DNA from: Botryllus schlosseri
Lineage: Eukaryota
Direction: 5' to 3'
Assembly: GCA_051294905.1 (NCBI GenBank)
Contig: CM119371.1
Location: 39,434,001-39,498,000, forward strand
Length of the DNA stretch: 64,000 nt
Shown piece after piece: positions 1-11,328 of this stretch. Below the pieces are notes generated by a model, which was given only the letters and a program-made list of their open reading frames with translations, ran no database searches and was not told the origin of the DNA. The translations under genes were made by a program, and so were the position numbers. Numbering within the stretch: position 1 is the first letter of the stretch; each line of letters opens with the position of its first letter.

Positions 1-80
1 GAAACTTATGAAAACTTATGAGACTTATGAAACTTATGAAAACTTATGAGACTTATGAAAACTTATGGAAACTTATGAAG
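1..80. repeat. 9-10 bp tandem array (AAACTTATG[A]); inner part of left TIR
   Basis: Direct reading: gaaacttatgaaaacttatgagacttatga... Confidence 0.95.
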
Positions 81-709
81 ATAAAGAGCTCTTGGATGAA
101 AAGCCGTTCAATATACAATTTAAGAATATCTTCCTATTGAAATGAACCCGATTATTTTCGGCTGAAACACGTCAGGGGTAATCGTCAGTAGCTAGTAGAG
201 AATTGAAAAGAACACTGTAAAGCAACAATCGCAATGACATAATGAATACAAGCGAATAAATATTCAATCAATTTTAGTTGAAACCGTCCAGATATGTCGT
301 ACCTTATTGTCATCGCATATGTGCTGTGTCGATGTTTGATATGAACGCATGGCATCCCGCACACCAATGCTACTTGGCCTATTTCATAGCGTAATGGTGA
401 GAATTCAGTATGCATACACCCGATTCATCTTATACCATAAACCTGACTGGAAAGAAAATTTATTTAACCGTGAATTATACTAGACTCATTCACCTTTACT
501 TTGCTTAAATTTATTTCGAATGCCAAGTGAAAACCGTTGGCGTTGTCAGTGTGCAATAGGATAACTCGGAAAATTTTCACATCCAGTTCTGGAAATTGAG
601 ATAAGTTCAGTTCATAACATAACAAGTCAGAGCTATTTGTCATAAGCACGAGAATGGCAAATGTCTGTACAGCAACCTCGGTTCGTTTCGGACTATACAG
701 TTCAGTAGT

Positions 710-1111
710 CATCGATCATCGCTCTATCAAATATGCCGGACCTGATGTGTGGAACAGTATCCCGCCGGCCATCCGACAGTCGACGAGCATGTCCACATTC
801 AAGTCGAAATACAAGCAATTACTACTAAATAAATACAGTCCATCCTCAAGATTACCGGACCACGACTGACCTATCGATCTCGCTTCCCATGACATGCCGC
901 CCTATTTATTGTCGCTTTCTTTTTTCTATACTATCTTCTTTACTTTCATTCAGTGTGCATGCCTCCTCTTTACATCGCCTAGGCCAAGGTGGGTGTCAGA
1001 TTCCATAGACTGCTCCTTGTCGCTTCGACATCTTCCTGTCTTTTCATTGTATCGCATTTTTTGTGGTGTATTGAACTGATAAAATTGCTAATAAACCAAT
1101 GATGATGATGA
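710..1111 (+). mobile_element. 5'-truncated LINE (L2/CR1-group) 3' end inside the MULE
   Basis: Translates to RSIKYAGPDVWNSIPPAIRQSTSMSTFKSKYKQLL, typical of the ORF2 C-terminus of L2/CR1-group LINEs, followed by a 3'UTR, AATAAA and a (GAT)n tail. A related 3'UTR occurs at ~15030-15255. Confidence 0.7.
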
Positions 1112-2303
1112 TAGTATTTTCCGGAAAACCAGAAGTAGATTAGATTCAAAACTGTAAAGCTTTGAAAAATATCAGAAATAAATTAGAGCTTACCAGCATT
1201 TCGCTCCAAGTAGACAATTATGTCGGAATCAGGGTATCTGGTATTCTCCTAAATTAACATTGCAATTTACATAAACACTGTTCGTAATTGTGGAAGAATT
1301 AAAGCTTCGTCCGGAGAGTTAGCATTTTTTATTTAATCTGTTGTGAAGAACAGAGAGTACATCAAAACAATGAGACGTCTACCAGCGCATCTGAGATATT
1401 GTGCACATTACGCAATCTTGAACTTTCCCGGCGCGGCAATCAAATTGGGTCACGCGTTAGCAACTTGGCATGTGAAGATTGCGACACAGTCGCGTTTGCT
1501 GATTGACGCTGAATTGGTATCTTGGAAATACTAGTCGACGTCAATGCCACTCAAGTATTTGGATAAACTATGCTTTAAGACAGCCTTTTCGGTTTGCGAT
1601 ATTATTGAAGATACTCGCGAAGTCGTGATACACTCATATGTGACGTATGAATATGTTGTTACTTATCGTTCCCAATGATTATGATTTTAAAAAATATATG
1701 TAGAATTGTAGATAGCATCACTGCACATCGACCAATCATCGCTGATGCGCGATTGCCCATTGCCATCCATCGTTGCTCTGGTTAAACCTCTAATGAGTCT
1801 AGTCTCGTTGTCTCCTGGCACCATGCAGTCACAGGCGTGTATCACCAGTACCAATATCCATGTCTGGTTAACGGGTAGGGTAACGGCAGAAACGAAATCA
1901 GCCGTGAAAATCGATCACTACTCAACTCGACGAGTTCTCATTTAGCGGATCACCGATCCGTTGGGGCAATTTCAAATTCAGGAGAATCCGAATTACGCTA
2001 TCTCATCCTTGACTCCTTTCGGATATTTTTCAGTTTTTAGTGAGATCACAAGTAAGCGAAAAAACATTTTATTGAAAGATATAGCAACATGTAAAACGAA
2101 ACTTAACTGAACGAACGTTTGCAGAAAGGTACGACGAATAACGGAAAGATGCCAATATAAACACGGCTATCATTATTTGGCAGACACTAATTCGAAACCC
2201 AGAAAATTTCCGCCGGTCGTATACCTAAAATGAAAATCGGAACTTGCAGCAGAATTCGAAGTACAAATATAAACACGGAATGTACAGTGCTATGATCCAC
2301 ATC

Positions 2304-5237
2304 TCACCGAACTTTTCGTTTACATTTAGTTTGTCCTGGTTTGCTACCACTTCGTTTAGAAGGATTATGTGCCAATAATTGGCCATCAGTGGATTGGGAT
2401 AAGGATTTTGTCAGCTTATAGACTGCCGGGGCGGGAAAAGCCATTAATTGCTGGAATGAACGGTCTTGCTCGTTTTCTGGCATGTCGTCCCAATCCCAAG
2501 GGGAAACCAAATACTTTTTACAATTCTCGGCGAGGGTAAATGTACCACGGCCCGTGATGCTCTTTCGCACATCCAAGTATTGTGAAGTGATCGCCGATTT
2601 TAGTAAATTAATTAGGTCCGGTAACTTTTTCTTTTTCCAGTCTGTCAATCGTTTGAGAACATGATTCATGCTCTCGCAGTTGTTGTTGGTGAACCATTGG
2701 TGTTCGACGCCCATAAAGCTACGCATACGCCAGACCTTGTTCTTCAACAAAGGTAGCAATCTCTTTTGTAGGTATGGATTAAGCGTTGGGCAGATGCCAT
2801 GGCACCTAGTCACTAGGTCTTTTTGTCTGCGATCAAATTCCATTTCGTCTTTGCTGAACAAAAGATTGAAGACTTGATTTACCAGGCTTTTTCTTAAATG
2901 CTTGCTTGTACCGATGTCGTGCTGAAGTTTGTCGACCAAATTCGTTTTTGAATGATTGACGCAGAGAACATGTTTGCAGTTTTTGAACGAGTTTTCGATG
3001 GCCGAGTGTAGTGCAATTTCGTCGTCTGTCCTCACGACTAGCCGATCAAAAGTACCTCCTATAGCGGAGCTGAGATGATTAAAGAAGTCGTTGAATGTCC
3101 CTCTATCTGAACTATGGTGGAGATATATTGGACCGATAAAAATAGGATTTTCCTGCGTTCTGGTGCTTATCATCTTCAGGTTTTTGAAAACTGCTACGGT
3201 AACGTACACATTGCCCAGGTTGTAAGTCTTATCAATTCCAAGTACGGTTTTTCCAGTACAACACATTTTTTTAATATCTGTTATTTGGTCATCGGTGTAC
3301 ATGATTATGCTAGATGCTTTCCCAGGAGAATGGATGACTCTTCTCACAAATCTTTCCGTGTGCATCATGTTAACGACATCCAAAAGTTCGTCTGCATAAC
3401 ATTTTCGCGGCAGGCTATTGTGCCCTTCTTTGCTGACCTTGTCCTGATGCTTAGTTTGGTGAATTTGATTTATATTCCGAGGCGTTTGCGAGATACTTTC
3501 AGATTCATTTTGAAGATCAACGTAAATGCGCTTTCCAGTTCCATATTTAACCTTTTCTTTTATCTTATCAATAACGCTCGGCGGAGTGCGGGTGTAATTC
3601 TGAAGATTGACAGAGCTGTTTCCATGTGAACCGCAGTCCCCAGAAATACCCTTGTACTCCACGACACACACATTACATGGTTCCGATGGTCCACTCTCAA
3701 TCCAGCTTATACGTTTTTCGTAACCAGGGTTGTTCTTTGATTTAGCGTAGTATCGCCCAACCGTGATAACGTCACCTGGACAAGGCTGCGGTGATAACGG
3801 CAAATACTCCTTCATCCGCAGTGTACAAATGGCACCGTTGTGGCAACGCGGCTTATATACGTACTTGAGTCGGTTGTCGACCTTCAAGTAATACGAATAT
3901 GTCTGCATGGTTTTCGTCCAAGCTCCCATGTCATCGTAAAATATGCGACGAATCTTGGCAGCCTTCCGTAGTATGTTCGTTGTGAAATCTATCATAATGT
4001 AACAATTGTCTTTCCGTCCTGAGGGCATCTTCGAAAGAGCATTTTTGCAATCCATAATTTTGTTAACTGCCTCCTCCGTACTCAAAAACTCGTTAAATGG
4101 CAGTTTTGTGATATTTGTTAATGTCTTGTTAGGTTTAACTGATTCGGGTTTGTCTCCGTCAGCAACTTCTCTCATTTCAGTATTCATCTGTTCACCATTC
4201 GTTTGGTCCATAGGCGAATCTTCACTCGGAATGGTGATGTCTGGCAGCGAATGCTTCTGTTCATTAGCAATTACATCGCCATGTTCGTTCCTATGAGATG
4301 TTTTGGAGTTGTCTGGTTCGCGTATAATCGGTTTGTCAATGTCGCTTTCCTGATCCTCCAATTTCAGTTTTGATTCGCATACAAGACCTGGATCACTTGA
4401 AGTTAGATCGCTGGTTTTGATCATTGGCACGAAGTGATTCGGTCGAAATGGATAACTTGTCGTAGGCACAGTCGTTTGTGTCCACATGAGAGTCGCGACA
4501 GGTCTGGCAGATTTCGATACACCGCGGCCGCAACATTTGCGTGAGAACGGTTCTGTCAAATATTCGTTTTCCGATGTTGGCGGATAATATGAGCGAATCG
4601 CGGAGCCAAGGGCTGCACTCAACGCGTAAATATGCATCATCTCGGACCATTGCCCCGGAATGCATGCTTTTTGTACCAGAAGGGCATAAGATGATGACAC
4701 AACTCGAATGTCATCTATGAGGTCTACGAATCCCTCTGCGTCTTCGTCATAATATTTTGGATTCTCAATAATTTCGAGCGCAGTCAGGAGCCTCAAGCGC
4801 AAGTGGTGTTTCGCAGTACCGTATAGGGCCAGCGACACTGCGCGATAAAAACAATTCCCATCGCCATCAACGCGCAAAACCGTGTGATCCGTGCTGATAA
4901 TATAATGAAACTGCTTCAAAATCGTCAATGAAACATCATCCACCAGTGCAGCCTCATTTGGCATGCTCCGATCAGGCTCGGGTACATTATACAAACGAAG
5001 TATTCGTTTTATAGCTGTACAATGTCCCGGATGGGCTCGAATGTGTTCCAATGTCCATCGATAATTGAATCCGCCTTCGAAGAATATACACGAGTGGCAT
5101 ATGAAAATCTGGCTTTTCCACTTGAAGTTACCGATCTTCGCACAAGAACAGTGAGAGTATCTGTTGCATTCGTAGCATTCGACGAACTCATCGGACTTTG
5201 AAAAATCCAGTCCGCACACAGTACAAGGATAAGTCAT
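2304..5237 (-). CDS. PHD finger + OTU-like cysteine protease + MULE DDE transposase (977 aa from the first in-frame ATG)
   Basis: N-terminal CTVC..CYEC..HCSC..CHSC (PHD); VDGDGNCFYRAVS...PNHFVP (OTU Asp/Cys/His); IDKTY..RTDDE..CVNH..TNNNCESMN (MULE D-D-CxxH-E). No internal stops. Confidence 0.9.
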   Translation of the reverse strand: MTYPCTVCGLDFSKSDEFVECYECNRYSHCSCAKIGNFKWKSQIFICHSCIFFEGGFNYRWTLEHIRAHPGHCTAIKRILRLYNVPEPDRSMPNEAALVDDVSLTILKQFHYIISTDHTVLRVDGDGNCFYRAVSLALYGTAKHHLRLRLLTALEIIENPKYYDEDAEGFVDLIDDIRVVSSSYALLVQKACIPGQWSEMMHIYALSAALGSAIRSYYPPTSENEYLTEPFSRKCCGRGVSKSARPVATLMWTQTTVPTTSYPFRPNHFVPMIKTSDLTSSDPGLVCESKLKLEDQESDIDKPIIREPDNSKTSHRNEHGDVIANEQKHSLPDITIPSEDSPMDQTNGEQMNTEMREVADGDKPESVKPNKTLTNITKLPFNEFLSTEEAVNKIMDCKNALSKMPSGRKDNCYIMIDFTTNILRKAAKIRRIFYDDMGAWTKTMQTYSYYLKVDNRLKYVYKPRCHNGAICTLRMKEYLPLSPQPCPGDVITVGRYYAKSKNNPGYEKRISWIESGPSEPCNVCVVEYKGISGDCGSHGNSSVNLQNYTRTPPSVIDKIKEKVKYGTGKRIYVDLQNESESISQTPRNINQIHQTKHQDKVSKEGHNSLPRKCYADELLDVVNMMHTERFVRRVIHSPGKASSIIMYTDDQITDIKKMCCTGKTVLGIDKTYNLGNVYVTVAVFKNLKMISTRTQENPIFIGPIYLHHSSDRGTFNDFFNHLSSAIGGTFDRLVVRTDDEIALHSAIENSFKNCKHVLCVNHSKTNLVDKLQHDIGTSKHLRKSLVNQVFNLLFSKDEMEFDRRQKDLVTRCHGICPTLNPYLQKRLLPLLKNKVWRMRSFMGVEHQWFTNNNCESMNHVLKRLTDWKKKKLPDLINLLKSAITSQYLDVRKSITGRGTFTLAENCKKYLVSPWDWDDMPENEQDRSFQQLMAFPAPAVYKLTKSLSQSTDGQLLAHNPSKRSGSKPGQTKCKRKVR

Positions 5238-6345
5238 AATCCAAGACGAACATGCAGCGTTGTTGCAAAAAAATACAATAATGTTTGCTATCCTCCCCAC
5301 TATTGACCTATTATACCTCAAATGATGACACCTGTCTGCTTGCTTCGATTACTGCCGCACGGGGGTAAGTTGCAAATTTTGCACAAATCTGAAGCGAGGG
5401 GACATTGCAATGAGGTGCTTTGATAACTACATGTTAACTCTCTGGTGACGTTGCGATTCTAGCTCAAGTACACGTAAGAATGTATCTATATGTGAATTGC
5501 AAAATCAGCGTAAGAGACAGCCAGTCACACACACCAGTCAATGGTCACACTAACGCTTATTCGGTTTGTACGACGAGTCCATGCCTACATAAACCCAAAA
5601 CACGTATGGGTAGGAATACTGGTGTCGACCTCAGCCTGACTCGAATTCACAACCTATTCATTTTGCAGCGGTGGCGTTGTGAATATATTCAGCGAAAATT
5701 TGAAATTATGCTTAAAATAACTGTAGTCTAAAGAAAACGATCAATAATCTAAATTATAATCCGTCGGTCTCGATGTGATGTTCATTTGTAAAAATATAAT
5801 TTCTGTCATGCCGACGACCAATATCCACGCGAACTCGGTTTACCAGACGTATCGCGTGCCGACAAGGGTTAATCCAGTTTTGTACGATGCGTTGATTGAT
5901 CGCAGACATACTGGCGCCTGTGAGACATTGCGGGTTTTCAAAACCTCATTGCCTTCCTAATTACCACCAAGAAATGAAGCGTCGTCGATGTTCAAGTTTA
6001 TAAATTCATATGGCAATCAGAACAGTCCCCAGCATTCTCTTATTAGGCGTGCTGGCACTTAGTTACCGCATGGTTTTAAGTATATTACAAGTAGGCAAAG
6101 CCTACTCGCGGACACCGAATAGGTAAAATAGCTTCGTCAGAGATCACCTCCGTGTGTCTATCGAACATCGGTGCTGTCAAATCTTCCGGTAGTTTACAGT
6201 GTGCTGCTAGCCGAAAAAGGTCGATAATGCTTGGGTGCCGCTGACTATTTTACATTTACAGAGGGTGCCGCGAGGTTGAAGATTTTGGCAACCACTGGTC
6301 TATGTAAATCTTGAATGCCATTATTGCAATCATGATTTAAAAATC

Positions 6346-6688
6346 ATAAGTTTCATAAGTTTTCATAAGTTTTCATAAGTTTTCATAAGTTTCATAAGTT
6401 TTCATAAGTTTCATAAGTTTCATAAGTTTTCATAAGTTTTCATAAGTTTCATAAGTTTCATAAGTTTTCATAAGTTTTCATAAGTTTTCATAAGTTTTCA
6501 TAAGTTTCATAAGTTTCATAAGTTTTCATAAGTTTCATAAGTTTTCATAAGTTTCATAAGTTTCATAAGTTTTCATAAGTTTCATAAGTTTCATAAGTTT
6601 TCATAAGTTTTCATAAGTTTCATAAGTTTCATAAGTTTTCATAAGTTTTCATAAGTTTCATAAGTTTCCATAATTTTCATAAGTTTCC
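6346..6688. repeat. 9-10 bp tandem array (TTTCATAAG[T]); right TIR of the MULE
   Basis: About 35 tandem units, inverted relative to 1-80. Confidence 0.95.
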
Positions 6689-6845
6689 TAGCACAAAATA
6701 AAGGCACCCATCAAAAGCAACCGCTGCCAAGCTGTGGCAACTTATACCGCTGATACAGCTGTGTTACAGATGTGCTACTTCTGATTGCGGGAGCATATGA
6801 TGATATCCAACATTGTGTATTTCACGCCATATTAGGATAGGAATA

Positions 6846-6960
6846 CGAGAGAGAGAGAGAGATGATATTCTTTCTCGCCTGCACCATCGAGATGCTTTGG
6901 CGACGGAGTTGCGATACGGCCCCATGAGGTCATCTAGTCTGCGCCCCCGTTTTTTTCTCC
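6846..6960 (-). mobile_element. CR1-like retroposon 3' end
   Basis: Minus strand GACTAGATGACCTCATGG motif (CR1-like 3' stem-loop) followed by a (CT)n tail; same motif at ~63880. Confidence 0.4.
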
Positions 6961-7227
6961 TCCATGCAATCTGTGATTGCTGTGATCACGAGTCTATAAA
7001 AGCGCCCGTTTAGCTGACTCAAAGAGGAGATTCATGTACTGTAAACCTCCATGCAAACGTTTTGAACAAACTGTGTATGGACAATATATCGTACGAATAA
7101 CTATCACAACAGTGAACCGGGAGCAGTCTCTGAGTTAAGTACCAGACAGCTCACAACCTAATATTGGATAGCTACTTTTTGAGTTATACTTCACAGAGAC
7201 ATATTCCGCATTTTCCGATAGTATATC

Positions 7228-7682
7228 TGTAGCGGTCGCTGCAACGACTTGTTGCAAGACACGCTGGTATAATGCTTGATTGGAGTCGACGCTACAACTA
7301 CAGTTCCCGTTGTACGCACTAGTTGACTGACTAATGACCGCTCTGAGTACTCTCGCAATCCTGATCACACACGCAGATCCAAGGAGCTTTCTTTACTAGC
7401 ACAGAACAGCCAAATAGTAGTAATTAGTGGTCAGAAACTTGTAGATTTACCAGGTTCAAATCATACTGCAACATATTAACGAATATAGAAAGAACAAAGT
7501 TAGATGTATCTAATTGTATGTGTACGACTCTGCGACTGACTCGCGAACACGCGCGCTACGGCGCTACACTGGTATTCTCTCAAAGCACGTGGCTTGTGCT
7601 TCGCAGATTACTTTATCAATAAGAGATTAAGGTCGTGGGAAAGAGGGAAGATTACTGGCACCCTGCTGGGACGGATCTTACA
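7228..7682 (-). repeat. 3' LTR (455 bp)
   Basis: Direct repeat of 10084-10523, preceded on - strand by the PPT. Confidence 0.95.
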
Positions 7683-8023
7683 TTCCCCCCTTTAAGGACA
7701 TTTTTGTGCAACACAAAATGTCTTAACAACTATTTTCGTAAACAATGTGGCTCCACGTCGGGGTATCGGACTTTTACAAACATTACATCGAACACAAAAG
7801 GAGAAATAGACCCTAACAGGCAACAGGTAACAAACAAAAACAGATGCTAATCACATACAACATATAGCGATTGTACAAAACAGACAGGGATAATATGAGA
7901 CCAAATCACAAATTATACTATCATCAATCACCCACAGTTTTATACTCGGACACTTCAATACTACAGCGGAAGCAGAGCACGGATGCAGGCTAGTTAAATG
8001 TAACTTTTCACATTTCACACAAA

Positions 8024-10033
8024 CTACGCGTTTTGGACAATTTTACCATGGTGCGTTCTAGTATATCTTTCCCCACATCCGTAACATAAAAACTTGTCAC
8101 GCATAAACGATATTCGTTCAGGATACGGTAAATTATCAAAATCCACACAATCTGGGATATGGTGGTCATTTTTTCCACAAAACAGGCAATTGTATTCGCC
8201 TGACATAACATTAGTTCCAAATGAAACACATGGCCTATCACGGCCATACTTTTGAGCAGATTCCGTGATATTACTATTTCGGTTTTCGTTCAACATTCTG
8301 AATTCTGGCATATTTCGACGTTCAGACTGATCTCTCACAAATGACACAAAGTACTCAAATGGAGGGTAGCAATTTACATCATTTATCTGTGCCTTGTACT
8401 TTGACACTTTACAACGCCACTTATCAATAAGTGACGGAGGTAACTTCTTCACAACGTAAACATGATTTGACGAGTAATCAAGAGTGCCTAACTCTGGCAC
8501 AAACACTTTGTACACAAAAACTTGCTCCAAGAAATCAGAGAATTCTTGCAGCCCAAGTCTATCATGTTCCTTTATATGACGCCAACCTTTCAATTTATCT
8601 ATAAAGGCCTGCCCAACAACGACAGGGCTTCCATATCTACTTCGCAAGTCACTTATTGCTTTTCGATAGGATTCCTCAGAACCACGCAGAAAATAACATT
8701 TCACAACTTTCAGCGGGCCCGGACCAAGATGTTGTTTCAACAAATTCATCTTTTCATGAACACAATACACTCTATCTTCAACTAACGCTTTAAACGAATT
8801 TTCCCATTCCATATAATTAGTTTCATCGCCATCAAAAACCCAAACTTTTATATCAGGTATTCGCGTCAACGGTTTCATGTTGTATTGACGATCAATTGGT
8901 ATATCGATAGATTGATTAACGGGCATCTTTACAAACGTGTTTCGGCCGGTTTCTTCCGGTTCAACATGTCGGACATTGTTCATTTGCACAGGAGTTTTAT
9001 CAATAACTGGGCCGTAGGATACGGGTTCACTAGATTTGACATTACATTGCCTTACTTCAGGACACACATGTGAGTTACTACTAATAAAGTTTTGTACCTT
9101 GGCTTCCGAATTCAAGACGGGAACCCAACTTCGTATTTCTGTAAAACTTGCTTCATCACGAACGACATCTTCGTCGTCATCAAGGTCAAAGGGGTTTTCT
9201 TCCCTTTCAATTTGCTTGCAAACTTTGATCATGGCTAGTTTTTCAGCTAGCTCAGTCTCCAGAGACAATTGCTTCAACTTTGCTTCGTTTTCCATTTTCA
9301 ATCGTTCCATTTCTGCTTTGCATTTAGTTTCCTTTTCGAAAGCCTCTCTTTTTGCTTCCGTTTCTCGCTTCGTAAATTCAAGTCTGGTTTTCAGAGCAGC
9401 CGCTTCTTTTTGATGATCATAAAATTGCTGTTTGTGACTGGTGCGACTGTTTCGCGTATGACGACTCGATCTCGAGCCGGCTCCAGATCTCGCGCGGCTA
9501 CAGACAGATCCATTTTCAGATGGAAGCTTCATAAAATCTATAACGTTTTGTCTGACTTTCTCAATTTTCATTTCAACCAACCTCAGACTTTTGGTGAAGT
9601 CCTTTGTTTCCGTATTTTCGGCGTACTTGGAAGTAATTTCTCCGGTAATTTTCCGCAATTCGTCTCTGTAGTAAGAAACACCTTTCATAGCTTCCCTTAC
9701 TTCTTCTTTATTTGCTGATTGCGTTATAATATCCACAACCACTTCGATGCGACTTTTAACATCTCTTTCTGTTTCACGGAACTGACGTTCAAGTTCAACC
9801 AATCTCTGATCGAATCCATGGAAAGTGCCGTCACTACTGGTTGGAACATCAGAACCCACTGACTTGCTCTTCCCGGGGATCTGGTCCACAATTTCTTTCT
9901 TGACACTTCCACGTCCGTCTTCAACACTCTCTGAACTTGGTGGAACTGGGCAGCCAGCACTCTCTGACGTTGCCACAGTTTTACTTTGTACGGCTGAGCA
10001 GTCAGCTATCTCTGACGTTGCTGCAGCTTCCAT
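8024..10033 (-). CDS. BEL/Pao Gag-like protein (coiled coil, DUF1759-like capsid region, zinc knuckles); frameshifted near the C-terminus
   Basis: FDGDETNYMEWENSF..EKMNLLKQHL..AISDLRSRYG; knuckles CLFCGKNDHHIPDC and LCYGC..HH; the continuation CPKRVVCVKCEKLHLTSLH lies in a shifted frame at ~8039-7983. Confidence 0.88.
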   Translation of the reverse strand: MEAAATSEIADCSAVQSKTVATSESAGCPVPPSSESVEDGRGSVKKEIVDQIPGKSKSVGSDVPTSSDGTFHGFDQRLVELERQFRETERDVKSRIEVVVDIITQSANKEEVREAMKGVSYYRDELRKITGEITSKYAENTETKDFTKSLRLVEMKIEKVRQNVIDFMKLPSENGSVCSRARSGAGSRSSRHTRNSRTSHKQQFYDHQKEAAALKTRLEFTKRETEAKREAFEKETKCKAEMERLKMENEAKLKQLSLETELAEKLAMIKVCKQIEREENPFDLDDDEDVVRDEASFTEIRSWVPVLNSEAKVQNFISSNSHVCPEVRQCNVKSSEPVSYGPVIDKTPVQMNNVRHVEPEETGRNTFVKMPVNQSIDIPIDRQYNMKPLTRIPDIKVWVFDGDETNYMEWENSFKALVEDRVYCVHEKMNLLKQHLGPGPLKVVKCYFLRGSEESYRKAISDLRSRYGSPVVVGQAFIDKLKGWRHIKEHDRLGLQEFSDFLEQVFVYKVFVPELGTLDYSSNHVYVVKKLPPSLIDKWRCKVSKYKAQINDVNCYPPFEYFVSFVRDQSERRNMPEFRMLNENRNSNITESAQKYGRDRPCVSFGTNVMSGEYNCLFCGKNDHHIPDCVDFDNLPYPERISFMRDKFLCYGCGERYTRTHHGKIVQNA

Positions 10034-10083
10034 TACTTTCAACTTCTCCGACTTTCAACTTTGTAACTGGTAAAGTTTCTGAC

Positions 10084-10523
10084 TGTAGCGGTCGCTGCAA
10101 CGACTTGTTGCAAGACACGCTGGTATAATGCTTGATTGGAGTCGACGCTACAGCTACAGTTCCCGTTGTACGCACTAGTTGACTGACTAATGACCGCTCT
10201 GAGTACTCTCGCAATCCTGATCACACACGCAGATCCAAGGAGCTTTCTTTACTAGCACAGAACAGCCAAATAGTAGTAATTAGTGGTCAGAAACTTGTAG
10301 ATTTACCAGGTTCAAATCATACTGCAACATATTAACGAATATAGAAAGAACAAAGTTAGATGTATCTAATTGTTTGTGTACGACTCTGCGACTGACTCGC
10401 GAACACGCGCGCTACGGCGCTACACTGGTATTCTCTCAAAGCACGTGGCTTGTGCTTCGCAGACTACTTTAGGTCGTGGGAAAGAGGGAAGATTACTGGC
10501 ACCCTGCTGGGACGGATCTTACA
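10084..10523 (-). repeat. 5' LTR (440 bp)
   Basis: By eye differs from the 3' LTR by 3 substitutions and a 15-bp indel. Confidence 0.95.
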
Positions 10524-11328
10524 ATATCATAGCCAATTGATGAAACGCGCATCAAAGTTGTTACGACAATATGGCGGGTAAGGTCTGTTACTATCGCACG
10601 CTTTACTATTCGCACAAATTAATTATACCCCTTTGGCATCATTTGTTCACAGGTCAGCATTGATTCCGCAATGTGTGTTCAGTTTAGCAGCAGTATGATA
10701 TCCAACTGCCTGCTGAGATAGTCTCGCAGTCGTGTTGTATTGAAACGGTGTAGACCAGGGGTGGGAAAATTACGGCCCGCGGGGTGCATGGGGCCACGCA
10801 ACACCATTTTGTGCAGCCCGCGAAAGCCTCAAGAAACGTTGTAAAAAATTGAGAAAATGCGTACAAAAATCAAATTGCTGTGGGTACTTGATTAAACTTT
10901 TTCCCAATATATTTCAACATGATAATGATAATGTTATATTCTTACAGGGAATTTTTCGCGCTTCGCGCGTTAAGAAGAAGCAAGCACTAAAAGGATACCC
11001 AATGTATATGATAAGTAGGGGCAAACAGCGTATATTGCAGAAGTTCGGTTTATCACCTTATGAGGGGGGCCAAAACCAATGTTCTCGGGGGTCTGACGAA
11101 GTGCCGTTACGGTCCTGATGCTTATCATTGTATTTTTTTATTCTATTGATGGCGCGATAGCCCGACCTCGAGACCCATGAATTTTGCAAGGTTTCAATTG
11201 CTCACAGAAAGTGAAGGCAAATGACTTAATTCGGACAGCGAGTGTGATTTTAGATTGGCAACGCGAGCAAATTCATTTATTTTAGTGCTAGACTTGAAAA
11301 ACCCGATTCGCGAGTGCGTTATATAGGC

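Larger units (their letters stand above)
1..6709 (-). mobile_element. Mutator/MULE (foldback-type) DNA transposon with tandem-repeat TIRs; left end lies outside the window
   Basis: (ACTTATGAAA/A)n array at 1-80 is the reverse complement of the (TTTCATAAGT)n array at 6346-6688; the two enclose a MULE transposase ORF. The right array ends in ...TAGCACAAAATAAAGGCACCC (putative terminus, GGGTGCC on - strand). Confidence 0.8.
7228..10523 (-). mobile_element. BEL/Pao LTR retrotransposon, non-autonomous (gag only)
   Basis: LTRs 7228-7682 and 10084-10523 (TG...CA), 5-bp TSD ATATC (7223-7227, 10524-10528), polypurine tract AAGGGGGGAA on - strand at 7683-7692, BEL-type gag inside, no pol. Confidence 0.93.

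Noticed and set aside
3114..4296. Antisense ORFs (171 aa, 96 aa) over the transposase, and similar ones over gag and the second MULE
   Set aside because: Shadow frames of long coding sequences with no recognisable motifs.
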